Source of the DNA: Klebsormidium nitens
Taxonomy: Eukaryota; Plantae; Klebsormidiophyceae
Reading direction: 5' to 3'
Assembly: GCA_000708835.1 (NCBI GenBank)
Contig: DF237097.1
Span: forward strand, 1 to 64,000
DNA length: 64,000 nt
Shown here: in pieces, positions 48,701 to 60,936 of the stretch
Numbering within the stretch: position 1 is the stretch's first letter
Layout: every line of letters begins with the position of its first letter
The notes under the pieces: model-generated
What the model was told of the DNA's origin: nothing
The model's database searches: none
Seen by the model: the letters and a program-made list of their open reading frames with translations, nothing else
Translations under genes and position numbers: made by a program

Positions 48701-51700
48701 ACGCAGAGCTTTGCGCTGTCAAGAAGCTCTTAGAGCGAAGGGTGACTCTGTCTTTTTCATGTTGCTGCTGAGACTGGCTGTCAAATTATACTGGGGTTTC
48801 GCATGAAAGTTTCTCTGCGGACTGCTGCTGCAACCTTTCCAGTAAGCCAAGCCCTTTTCGGGTAGCCCACTTAGTGCTTCCTTCTATCACCTTACTCGTA
48901 CAGATGGAAGCAATTTCTTCGATGCTCGCCTGACAATTTGGTGCTAAAGCTTTCAGGGCTCAATGGCAAGACTTTGATGTCCTTCATGAAGAGGAGTCAT
49001 CATGGAAGGGCTCTAGTGCATAGTGTGTAGCCTGCATTGACTGGGATGCGTTTTGACTCATGTGCACAATCTGAACGCGCACTTGGATGACCCCTTGACA
49101 AAACGGCGTCTGGCACGGCAAGAACGCCGCTTTGGCGTAGCCCGCTCGGGGAGTGCATAATCCCAGAAGTCCTATGCCTGGTTCGAGCTGGGCAAGGACA
49201 AGAGACTCCTCCAGACTGCTTTCAATTAGAATTGGGATGCTGATAAAAAAGAAACGGTTTCAATCCAATCTCTCAAACCGTTTTTCAGGGTACGGCGGAC
49301 GCGGTGCGGCAGTACCTGTGGCTATTTGAGCAGGTCAAAGACATCCAGGAGTTCATCATTTTGGCCGGAGACCAGCTGTACCGTATGGACTACCAGCGCT
49401 TCATCCTGTGCCATCGCGAGACGGGCGCTGACATCACCGTCGCGGCGCTCCCGATGGACGAGGCGCGCGCGCAGGCGTTCGGGCTCATGAAGATCGACAA
49501 CAAGGGCCGCATCACCGAGTTCTCGGAGAAGCCCAAGGGAGAAGCGCTCAAGGCGATGCAGGTCAGGGGTTGTTTATGTCGAAGTTTTTGAATCTCAAAA
49601 GCAGCCGCAACAGGAAGGATGTCAAAGTTCCGAGTTATGGCGTAAGACCTCCGTTTGTGTTAGCCGTCCGGTGAGGGTCCAGCCTTTAGAAACTCGCTTC
49701 ATCATATCCTTCCGATAAAAAACCTGCAGAGGTTTTTTGTGTGAGTTTCTAGCGAGAGCGCTTAGCAATGAGAGTTGATGAGCTGGCATGAATGCTCCGG
49801 TGGCTCCGTTGTCTTGCTGTCTATTCGCATCATGCGTAAGATGTTGTGGTGCATGTGATGGCCTGGGGGCTTACATCAGACGCTGGTGAAGATGCGTACG
49901 ATTGTTTTGTGATTCGTCTCACTGCTGACCTTGCCCTCCTTAGACCTTCCGATCCGTGTGCTTCAAGCTTGGCAAGGCACCTCAGAAAAACGAGGACCGT
50001 CTGAAAGTGGGCTCCCAAACAAATCTGTCATTTGGCATAACTTGCAAACCACAGCCTTTGACTCTAACCTGCTGTTCGCGCGGCAAGAATTCTCCAATTT
50101 TTCAGGGTTTTCCTATCGGTGCCAAAGACCCTCTGGACATGTGGAGTCATATATTACCTAATATCTGAATGCCTGAAGCTTTTCGGGTCCAACACGCACG
50201 CCTAAACACAGTTCAACTCAAACGCTCAAATCTCGTTTTTTCCAACCCGGGAATGTTGTCTAACCTTAACCCGAAAACTCCCGCCAGGTGGACACGACGG
50301 TGCTGGGCCTGGACGAGGAGCGCGCGAAGGACCTGCCGTACATTGCGAGCATGGGCATCTACGTCATCAGCCGTGACGCCATGCTGCAGCTGCTGCGCAC
50401 CGAGTTCCCCGAGGCCAACGACTTCGGCAGCGAGGTCATCCCGGGAGCTACCGAGAAGGGTATGAAGGTGGGCAAAACACTCCCAGTTTAGTTTGTGCTC
50501 CTTGAAAAGGTTGATTGGTAGTTTACGGATGGTGCTTTAGGGCCTGCTTTTGGAACTCACAAGAAGTCAACGACTTCGGCAGTGAGGACATTCCGGGAGC
50601 CACCAAGATGAGCATTATGCTGGGCCCAGTCGTCCAGAGATCTTGCTTGGGTTGTTCCTCGGCCAGGTCCTTCGAGTTGTCGGATAATAGGGTTTCGAGG
50701 GACGGGTTTGGAGCACTGATGCGCATGGAATGGAAAAGACGGTAACCAGTTACTGGTATGTACGAACAGGCGCACCGACGAAAGCCTGGACCTAAAACTT
50801 AATCCTGCGCTTTCGCTGTTGTGCTTACCTACATGACCTTTCAAGCGCAACAGGAGAGAACAGAAGCGTAAAAGCTTCTAAAAGGTTAGCAGCAACGGGG
50901 AATATCACCTGACACGTGGCGTTTGCGCTCGTCCGCAGGTCCAAGCATACCTGTACGACGGCTACTGGGAGGACATTGGCACCATCGAGGCGTTCTACCA
51001 CGCCAACCTGGGCCTGACCAAGCCGGAGCCCGAGTTTGCGTAAGTGATGTCAGACCGCTGACGCCATCCCGCATCGAGTGTGCTGCTTGAATGGTCCACG
51101 TCTTGTTCATGAATCTATTGTGCCGAAAAGTCTGGTGACGTCTTGTCTTTTCGAGGAGGCGGATGTAGAGGGGATTGCGGGCGTGTCCTTGCTAACAGGC
51201 CGTTCGACATTAGAATTGTCACGCCGTTTGAACCCTCTACCGATGGCGGATAACATCAACTCGCGCTCAGTCGTTTGACCCAGGTTGTCGTCCTCGGATC
51301 ACATCAGATCTATCGTTGTTGATCAAAGGCCCAGGCGGATCACCGAATGCAGGCTCTCAACGTCCGGCTAGTCCCGACGGAGTCTCACCTGTTCCCGTAT
51401 GCTCGGCAGTTTGTACGATCGGTCTGCCCCCATCTATACCCAGCCCCGGTATCTACCCCCGTCCAAGGTGCAGGGCAGCGACATCTCCCAGAGCGTCATT
51501 GGCGAGGGTTGCATCATCAAGGTGCGGTGCTGACGTCACGTCGCCTTCGGTCCTGCTGTGTATTTTGGGCTTGGTGATGCCTTAAGCCTTGAGGCGAATG
51601 CTCTTACTTCGCAGGAAACTTCGCCCCGACTTTGGGCCGAATGTTGGCTGTTGAGGTTTCGAAGGGCTGCTTAGAGACGTGGAAAGAAAGGCGCTCTAGG

Positions 51701-53431
51701 CCTTTCCAGCTCTACGTTTTCACGGCCTGATGCTTACCGATTGTTTCGAGCCTTAAGGATAAAAAGACGCTGTCGACCAGAAGGCCAGCAGGGCATGCAG
51801 CGCCTGATTGACGCGGCGGTGGAGGACGTGCGCTTGTAAAAGCCCCCAATTTGAGATTGATCAAACTTGTATATTCGTCTCCGTGGGTTCAAAATGTAAT
51901 GCGTTGGTGCGGAGATCATCTCTTTCTGTTTTGCATCTGCTTCCGGGAAAGCCTCGCATCCAGGGGCAGAACCTTCTGACAACGCACCGACCAGCGGCAG
52001 CACATCTCTTGCATTCCCTTGAAATCGAAAGCGACCGAACGTGATCCGCATTGTGATCGCCAGGTTTCTTAGATACGGCAGCCGTCTGACTCGAAGATCG
52101 AGACTCGAGGAATGAACCAAGCGCTTTCTCATTCTCAGGAGAGCGCCAAGGTGCACGGGTCCGTGGTGGGCCTGCGCTCCTGGATTGACCAGGGCGCAAT
52201 CATTGAGGACACGCTACTCATGGGCGCTGATTATTACGAGGTAAGAGCATCCCTGACCATGCGAAGACTGGCCGTTTCCGCTGCTTTTTCTCGTGTACCG
52301 TTCTTGCTCTTTGCGATAACGAGCAACTCTCAATAGGGTTTTCCCGAAAGCGGATTGCCAAGCTCTCTTGTGAACAGATCTGCAGTCGCGTCAAAGCTTT
52401 CCGAGAGAAAGTTATCTTCCTCTGGAGAGCGGCGCAAAACAAGTGCCGTCGCTTTATACCGGGCTCTGGATCCGATCGATCTGCCTTGTTGGGTCAGACT
52501 GACAACGGCTTATCTTTTCCGTGGCTGAGCGCTCGGGTTTTCATTGTCTTTATCATCTTCCGCTGTTCCGCTGAGCATTTTCGTGGTTTATGCTGAGCGC
52601 TAAGTTTTCCGGTGAGTCTTTTGTCGAGGCCTGAGTTCTTTGGTGAGTTTTTCGCTGATCAAGGAGCAGCGGGAGAAGCTGGTCTCTTTGCCCATGACGT
52701 CAGCTCTGACCACCGCTTATCTTTCCGAGACTGAGCGCTGGCGATTCGCCCTTTCTGCAGACGGAAGAGCAGCGGAAGGAGCTACTGGCCACATGCCGAT
52801 GCCAGAGTCCAGTTTATCTCCTTGTGACGTCATCTGTGCTTTACGATTGTCTTTCTCTGAAACTGAGCACTGACAAATCCGCTCTTGCCCCAGACGGAGG
52901 AGCAGCGGGAGGAGCTGTTGGCCAAGGGCCAGATCCCCATGGGCATCGGCAAGGGCACTATCATCAGGAAAGCCATCATCGACAAGAACGCGCGCATTGG
53001 CGAGAACGTGCAGGTGGGCACTCTCAACCCTTTCTTTCTTTCAATTCTTTTCTTCTCCTTTTGTGTCCTCCACGTTTTCCGCCGTCAAGGGTCTGCCTCT
53101 GCTGTTCTTGTACGGAAGGCCTGCTTCCCTGTGCGATGCATGGGGCATCGTCATTTAGATGCGGGTGTATCAGATATAAGGACCTCATCGTGTTGGGCAG
53201 TCATGCTCTCCTAAGAATTGAACGAACATAGGAGTTTAGAGCTGGTCTTGCCCCTTCTTGCACGTTGTCGGCAGTTCCGTTGATTTTCTAAATGAGAATA
53301 TCCTCGTTTTGCAGATCATCAACAAGAACAACGTTCAGGAGCAGGAGAGAGAGACGGACGGGTACTTCATCAGGTCAGGTATTGTCACCGTCTTTAAGGA
53401 CGCCACGATCCCCGCTGGTACCGTTATCTAA
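45723..53431 (+). CDS. APS1: ADP-glucose pyrophosphorylase small subunit (plastid), 539 aa; exons 45723-46040, 48398-48694, 49289-49561, 50288-50467, 50939-51039, 51410-51521, 52139-52240, 52894-53013, 53315-53431
   Basis: Nine exons in phase (1620 nt). Small-subunit-type sequence: [144 protein letters not shown]. Confidence 0.97.
47703..47778. repeat. 19-bp tandem repeat x4 (38-bp higher-order dimer) in AGPase intron 1
   Basis: TATTCCAA(T/C)ATT(G/T)CTCAAA, with G and T alternating between units. Confidence 0.95.
49126..49195 (+). pseudogene. Degenerate tRNA-Met-like sequence (possible SINE head or tRNA relic) in AGPase intron 2
   Basis: TGGCGTAGC (A-box-like, 49133), GGGA-gtgCATaa-TCCC anticodon-like stem and GGTTCGAGC (B-box-like, 49180). 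The acceptor stem does not pair and the spacings are off. Confidence 0.25.
50568..50608 (+). repeat. Intronic decayed copy of the 3' part of AGPase exon 4
   Basis: 36/41 identical to 50416-50456; offset 152 bp. Confidence 0.85.
52720..52791 (+). repeat. Intronic decayed copy of the AGPase exon-8 acceptor region
   Basis: 52758-52791 is 30/34 identical to 52891-52924, and the upstream intron sequence is also homologous; offset 133 bp. Confidence 0.85.
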
Positions 53432-54865
53432 TATACGACTCTTGGATAGATTCAGTCATCCGTCTCTTACATGGAGTGCCAGCTTTGGTGGAACCATGTG
53501 ATGAGGCTCTGAGGTTACCAGAGGGGCTAGGCAGCTCTTGCTATCTTGGCACGGAGCTATGTCAGAAGAGACCCTAGCCTGCGGCAGTAGTCAAAATACT
53601 GACAGTGTTTGTCACTCCCGGTTTTGCTTAAACGTACTGCCCCTAGCTCGACGCTCTTGGCGTGGCGTGGGACAGGCTGCGAAGTGAAAGAAAACTCTTA
53701 CTCGCTATGGTTGCAATGTTTTTCGTGCAACTTACGGGCTGACTTCTGGCTATTACAATTTCAAAACGTCGTTGCCCTGAACCCACCGCAAGTTGCACAT
53801 TACGCAAGATGCAGCCCAGGATTCCAAGGCATATGATGAAGTATACACATGCTGATTGACGAGTACATCGCGTTTGCTTTTCAAGTTCAGCCTCAATGTC
53901 AGTATGTTCCAACAACGCTGTGCTTGGTACATATGCTTATATGTTTGGATCAGCCCGCCTCTGGTGGCACCTATTACAAATGCAGTGACTTCTCGCACAT
54001 ATATATGCCAGGCCTCTGAATATTATAGGCTACTTACAGTAGTCGGACAAACAAATGCATTTATTTCCTTGTGGTCCGTGGAGATATGGCCCGTTGTCTC
54101 TGTCGCACAGTCACAGGCAGCAACATACATGCATACAGCTGTGACCGGCCTACAGGCCGGTAGTTGAAGTCGTTGCCAGGTCAACGATAGTCAGCAATTA
54201 TTATGTCGTCATCGTTCCGATAATGTCGTATTCGGCGGCCAATCCACTCTACTAGCGAACCAGCCGGGTCGCCCAACGAATCCCCCGGTGGCTTCGGTCG
54301 AGACCTGCGTTAAAGGCAGCGGCAACTTCCGTCACGCCGCCAGCCGTACAGATGTGGAAAGTCAGCTTCTGCAGCTTCAAGAGCAACCATATGTCATGTA
54401 TGAGTTCAAATGCGTTAGGCCTCACTCTCAGGATGCTGCTCGGCAATGCTGCGCATCTGCAGATTTGATGATCCGTTGACTGCAAAGGGGCTGCAAAGTA
54501 ACTTCAGAACAGCCAGTTCTTGGACGCAGCTCGTCGACTAGAGCTTGGAGCCACTTTGACTAGAAGAATCCAACAGCTGCAGTCTCACATTAGTACACAC
54601 AGGCAAACGCTCGACACTTGACGAATCATCCCGGGAAAATACCAGCTAATATGCTGGTAGAGCTGATCGGAGTGGTGGGGACCAACACTAAGGACCTCAA
54701 TCCGGAACCTTTGTCTTGGGCGCTGCAAAGCAGCAAATTACAGTACCGACTGAAAAGTATAAAACCCAGCTAGCAGATCCAACTCCTCCATTCTGTCAGC
54801 TCGCAGTCTCAGATTCACTTCCATCTCAACACACCAAACCTCCGCCCGCCAATTGCTTTTCAGCT

Positions 54866-56876
54866 ATGGCTATCAACAAAGGGACGAGAAAGTCTGGCAG
54901 CGGACTCGCAGTGGGGGGGCTCCTCCTGGCTGCGCTGCTAGCTGCGGTGGCCCCCCCCGCTCTGGCCAACCTGGATCCTGCCCAGTGCCCCTTCGAGCTG
55001 GGTTACAACCCGGTGTTCAATGCGGATGGCAGCGTTCTCTCCTGCGTAAAAGGTGAAAGAGTTATTGGCTCTGGCTAAAAAGTCTTTATTTATGGCTTCA
55101 AACATCCTGTCTTTTCGCAAGCGTTTATGCTTGTTAAGAGGACGGTAGGTTTGGATCTTGGTACTGAAAGTGCAGCAAGATCTTATGGCCTTTGTTGACT
55201 GGCTTCAGATTGGTTGGGTTCACAACCGGTATCGGTACATGCCTGTTGCAACTGAAGCTGTTTGGTCAGATTCGTTTCAACCACCGAATAATGGCCAGCT
55301 GTTCCAAAGAAGGATAAGATCTGCTCAGGAAGAGGGCGCGGCGCGCGAAACTTGAACCGGTACAGAAGGTTGATGCGCACAGATGCAGATCAAGGGCCTT
55401 CCACCCTGGCTGGTCCCTTCCTGATCTCTGACTGTGGGACTTCCCTCTACTGACTTCACCGGTTTCTGGCCTGCTCCCCTTCCCACTCAATATTCCGACC
55501 ATCCTATGATTCAACCCTCGAACGTTTTTTACGATTGCGGTATCTCCTCGTTTCCAGTACAATCAGGAGTCGCTCTTCTTCAAAAACACCGCCCCGAAAA
55601 GGTTCGGAAGACAATGCCCACGTGATTTGACCATTCAATTTCGGTTTTGTTTGACCGTCTCGCTCCTTCTTGACAATCTTCCTCCAGTCTAACCTCGCCT
55701 TTCACCCCACTTCCTAACAACCACAGAGAGAGGTCAGCGTTATTCAATCTCCGTTCGTGGTCGTTTCAGTGACGTTCTACCAAGCGAGTGTGGTTCACAT
55801 CCGGTTCGATGGCTTTCAACAAACGTGGTCAAAAGCAAAAGCTTCCTCTGTTCAATGGTTCTCCAGCTTTAACCTCGCCTAAACCCCTGCAGGTTCGGAG
55901 AAGTTTGAGGTCGATCAACCCAATGGCATCCTCGCGCGCTCCCTCCGCGGCATCGGAACAAGCCTCCAGTCCATCCAGATCGCTGCGACGCAACTAGACC
56001 TGGCGACTTTCGCCAAGTTCCAGGATCCCCAAGTGACGTTCTTCCTGCAGGACGGCGTCCCCCGCACTGCGGGAGACCCCGTCCTGGTCGCCTTTTTGTT
56101 CGACCCGGCCGTCTTCACGTACGCGCCTGGCGTGGACGTGCACAGCATCTTTGAGGTGAGTTTGTTGGTACATATATCTTCGTTTATGCAAGTTGAGGTT
56201 TGTTGGTGTGCGTCTCATAATAATCGGGATGTCGGTTGAGGTAAATATGGCTTGGAAGCTGAATTCTTTCTCCTGGTTGTCAAGCGTGCCCGAATTGTAA
56301 CGGTGATCAAGTTTTCTTCAAGACTTTTCCAAGTGGTTCAGCTCGAGATAAGCGATCAGGAGGTTTACGTCCGGAAGAAACATTCTGGTGTCTCAAGCAT
56401 TCAGAGCTCGACGGCTCGTCCATCCGCTCATGCCAAAGGTCTTGATATCCGTCGCTCGTCCACAGCAACGAAGCCACAACGTTTGACTCATATTCTTATG
56501 ACGTGCTCTTTCTTACTGTACTGTCTCATTGCAAGAATGTCTGGAAAAACGCCCCGGTTTCGCACCTTGTGGCAAGCCTGGATACGCATCGACCGCCCCT
56601 GCTTCGCAGCTGTTGCACCATTCCTTTGCGTGCTTAGCATTCTCGACTAGAACTTTCAACCTGGTGTTAAATGTCATTTCTGACTTACAGGTGTCCAACT
56701 ACAAGTTCCTGGCCGGCAGCCCCACCAGCGCGTCCCTCCACGTCAGGCTCATCACGCAGACGTCATACGTGGATTACGACAGCGTCTGGCGCTTCAATGA
56801 CGTCGGCGACCCGTCCGGCAAGAAGCTGTGGCAGCTCTTCCAGGCGTTCAACCTGGTCGTTACGCCGCGCAGCTAA
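54866..56876 (+). CDS. Small secreted protein of unknown function, 211 aa; exons 54866-55052, 55893-56155, 56691-56876
   Basis: Three in-phase exons with GC3-rich codons. Signal-peptide-like N-terminus (…GGLLLAALLAAVAPPALA). No family recognised. Confidence 0.75.
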
Positions 56877-58747
56877 TCTTTAGGCTTCCGTCTGGTGTAA
56901 ATTAAAGAGTGCTAACCTGGCTTTTTAGTTTGAAGAGTGAGATAAGATTGCCCTACAAAATAGTTGTTCGTGCCCGTTGCGAGTTATGATTCATTACATT
57001 GGATGAGCTTGGGGCCTATGGCTGCGCGCAGGCACGGACTCTTGCTGAAGAGATTTGAAAAGCAATTTGCATAAAAGCGAAACTTCTGTAGAGCTGGTTA
57101 GAGGATTTTGTGCACACATATTGCATTTTGAATCTGCCTGTACATGTGACAGAATGCATGGAATTCTTTATCTCAACTTGACCCCCTTGATCGGAACACG
57201 TATTGAAACTCCGAGACGACAGGTGCTTCTTTCGGCTTGGCCGAATTACTAAGGTGCCATGTTCCATATGTAGATAATTCATCCGAGATCCCGACACGAG
57301 AACGTTGTGCAAGGTCTTGTGTCACTCTTCCGGGGCAAACCTTTGCTAGACAACAGGAAACGAACAAAGTTGAGTCGGTGCACAGGTGCACAGGTGCACA
57401 TGTTGGAAGCCCTCTTACGTAGGCCGGTGATCTGCTTGTGTACAACAGATCGACTCTTAAGCCTATGTACCATGAGCTTCACATGGTTCTGTGATCCGAC
57501 ATGCTGCCGTGCATATCGGCCCATGGCTGCGTGATCAAACTATGTACTTCGTTCGATCCTCGATGCATGCTGCTCATGCAAGCATGCTTTCGACTTGAAC
57601 ATATGCAAGTGGAGCCGGCCGGGCGCGATTGCTGTGAATTATAATCAATGATATGAGCGGTAATACAAGGGCAACGATAAGTGCGCAAAAGTGGACCGGC
57701 GTCATTGGGCTATATAAATTCAAAGGTACCGTCTTGGCGCTCAAGGAATCATAAGCTGCATTTGCAGCATGTCCAACAGCTCTAACTCTTTCTATGACAC
57801 CGTTCAAACCAGTCGTTTGGATCCTTCGGGGGGCGTTGTGGCATGTAGAAGTGGCACTTCACCGCAATGGCATGTGCAATGCCCACATGCCTGGCCGTTC
57901 GACGCAGTGTACCCGGCATGGACTTGGACGGGCCTCACCGTTCAATGCTCGGATGCATGGACCCGCCTCGATTGGCGGTGAAATCTTGCAAAGGCCTTTT
58001 CGCCCAAAGAAGCAAAGAACCGCTACTCCACTTGATAATCAAACATTATCCGTCAATACACGCATCAATTCTAATCGCTGTACACCCCAAACAGCCTTAG
58101 GGGACCCGCAATTGTTGCCTTGTTGCAGGACTTAGTGACCTCATGTGACTTGCTGTCGATCACCGTCGATTAAAAACTCATCTGTGATTGCTCGACATCT
58201 GCCGAAACTTCACGAATTCGGTTGCCGAAGATATACTTAAGCGCCCCTCGTGTGAACGAAGTTTTGGGCCTCTACAGGGCCTCTACTGGGTCCGATTAGA
58301 ATATTTGTAGCTGCGCTCCCTACGCCATCCGCCTACTCAGGTGCTTCGTCCCTGCAGGATTGGAATCTGCGGTGCTGTGAACGGGAAACGAGATTGACAC
58401 AGCAGCACAACACAAGGATGAATGTAACCGATTCGAATGCTCAAAATCATATGCAACATGCTAGAGTTCGTATCGTGTCATGATTCTGGCAAAATGAGCT
58501 GGAAGAGGACTCCTCTAGGATATACGTCAGCAAGCTTGACTCAGCAGATTGAAAGGTAAAACGACACAGGAACTTCAGCGACAGTTTCTAAGGTGCAAGA
58601 CTTGACAACACGGAGACTTCTGGATGGATCTGAGGCTGCACAACACATGCATAAGAAGGACTTCGACAATGGGCGTAGACCATGAAATGCAAACGTTCAC
58701 TTTGACGTTTCGTGCGTCAAGAGTCTCTGAGCCAAGGCTGGATTTAC

Positions 58748-60316
58748 TCACTGTTTGACGAGGCTTTCTAGAAAGACTTGCAGGGCCGCCGTGTAGGGCC
58801 TCGCAATCTTATACGAGCTGTAGCCGACAGCGAAGATGAGGGAGAAGGCGCAGATGTCTGTTCACAAGTCAAGGATGTACAACTTGCGTGGAAGGAGGGT
58901 GTAACTCTCAGGTCGAAAGTTTCAACGTGCATGACAGCTGGAAAGAGACACTCTAAAAACGAGCCTCTCATATTGAGTTGCGAAAAAAACACACTTGAGA
59001 TGTTACAGATTCGAAGGTTGGATCGACGAATCTGCTGCCGAATACAATGATTGACCCTCTGTCTCGGATTGAAGAACGCCATATGTGCCACCTCCAAGAA
59101 ACTTGAAACGTTTCAAGGACGATCGTCAGATCATCATGAAAAGAAGGGCCGTCGGCACGTGGTCTGCATTGCGTGTGCCTGGGAAATTCGACCAACTTAT
59201 CATGTGAACAACGCTTTGGTCAGCAAGCAAGTATGAAACGACTTGAGAGATGCACCTCAATCTCAAAACAAGCAATAAGATGCACGGAACGTCAATCTCT
59301 CAGCCAGAGCAGCTGTTGGACGATTTTGGAGGATACTAAAGAGCCACCGCTCCCATCGGTCCAGCATGTACAGCCCAAAAGTGACGTTGTACTGGAAGAT
59401 CTTCACATCGATCCAGTGAACAACCTGCCCAACCAAGCCCAGTTTCCGCTGCTCCTCTTGCTCCGTCACCTGATCGGAGGCCAGCTCCCTTTTTGTGGTG
59501 GACGGAAGCTCATCCTGCAAAGCACGGCGTATGGGGAGATATTGACAGTTCGCTAGAGTGCTTTTGCAAGTTTGCGCCCCCGTTGGTGCTTTCAACGTGC
59601 AAACGAAGTTGCTATCTTTGGATGGTACAGAAGTAGAAGTTGGCTGGTGGCGGTGAACAGATTTGGGCATGTCTGCTTGGCTTCCTTTTCTGCCACTCTA
59701 TCTAAACGCACTCTTCCCTGCGCCACTTTCATATTGCACAGGGGCACTGGTTCAAAAGCTTTCAATCAAGTTTGCAATTCACATATTCAGTCCAAACTTT
59801 GAGATCTACTGGCACTGTTAAACTTCTTCTGATTCGTTTCAACCACACACTTTGCTAGGCATATGCATAGCCCCAACACAAGGTCTGTGGATAATTGAGA
59901 TTGATTTACGGATTCAACCACCTTCTATCAGCCAGCTGCGGCGTTTTTCGAGTGCGGACCCCCCACTAGCGTCTTGTTAGAAGCCCGGCACCGGGACTTC
60001 AGCTGAGCTGGTGGTGTGAATATATTGAAGGTGCACCAATCCATGTACTCAAATCGGGCTTGAATGGAAGACGAGCATAACAACAATCACAAACTTAAGC
60101 ACTTACCTGTGCTGACGCGTACACGTTGGCTTCTTGCTTTGCAGCGGGCTGTGCGCCCTTCTCTTTCTTCTTCCGAGAACTTTTTGGGCTCTGCACATCA
60201 GGCACGGCAATGTCTTCTTCTGAGGGCGCCTTCCCCTTGCTTTTTCGGCGTTGTTTGGACCGCGTCCTGACGCCTTCGTCTGGCTCAGGACTGTCCAGCA
60301 CCGCAAACGAGTTCAT
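58748..60316 (-). CDS. SPTSSA: Serine palmitoyltransferase small subunit (ssSPT) with N-terminal extension, 165 aa; exons 60316-60107, 59514-59337, 58857-58748
   Basis: HWIDVKIFQYNVTFGLYMLDRWERWLF|NICAFSLIFAVGYSSY matches the ssSPT motif (YNVTFGLYMLDxWERxLFN + TM helix). Splice phases are consistent. Confidence 0.85.
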
Positions 60317-60936
60317 TGCCCCTGACACCCAAAGCAAAGCCTGATTCGTGTGTATTCCGCTGCCTTTGAGATCTAGAGCTCCACTTGTGCCTGATTTGCA
60401 AATCTCTCTTCCGATTGAATTGCGCGCTCTCAATGGAGACCCTGCGAAGGCTGCAAAATCTAGAATGTCTTCTTCGGCGCAGGCCTGAGCAACTAAGCGT
60501 GAAAAAGCATCCGTTTGACAGCCGCAATTTGGAAAGCAAGACGATATCCAGGTAAGGACAACAGCAGAGCGCCTTCAGCAGAAGAGCGCTTCCGAATGCA
60601 CGAAGGCTGACATCACGTTCCAGCAGCAAATGGGGCGCCAGGCTGGCGCCAGCTTTCTGGCGCCGAATCTGAGCATTCGGCTCGGCTTTTAGGGTTCTAC
60701 AGATCAATCTAAGGTTTAGGGTTCCCATCTCTCCACTTCCGTACTTGGAGCCAGAACAGATCTCCAGATTGGGGCGTTGTGGCGCTTGGAGTTGGAGTAT
60801 TCAAGCCAATCGCAGCTCTGAACAAACTTCTCAACTGAACAAAACGGGATCAGCGCTTTGGCATGTGCATTTCTCACTGCAACGACACGCCAAGGTCAGG
60901 AAGAGCTTTTCGCGAGATTCTATTCTTTTAGTTACA
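60317..60936. promoter_or_regulatory. Divergent spacer ssSPT / CLP1
   Basis: Head-to-head ATGs about 620 bp apart. A telo-box-like TTTAGGGTT lies at about 60716-60724. Confidence 0.4.

Noticed and set aside
57013-57532. 13/14-bp direct repeat GGCC(T/C)ATGGCTGCG as a target duplication around ~500 bp
   Set aside because: No TIRs or poly(A) tail, and a match of this length is expected by chance in a 64-kb window.
59126-59164. Alternative last exon of ssSPT (N-HVPTALLFMMI-stop) and possible UGA readthrough
   Set aside because: The exon at 58857-58748 gives a proper TM helix and Tyr/basic tail matching the family, so no recoding is needed.
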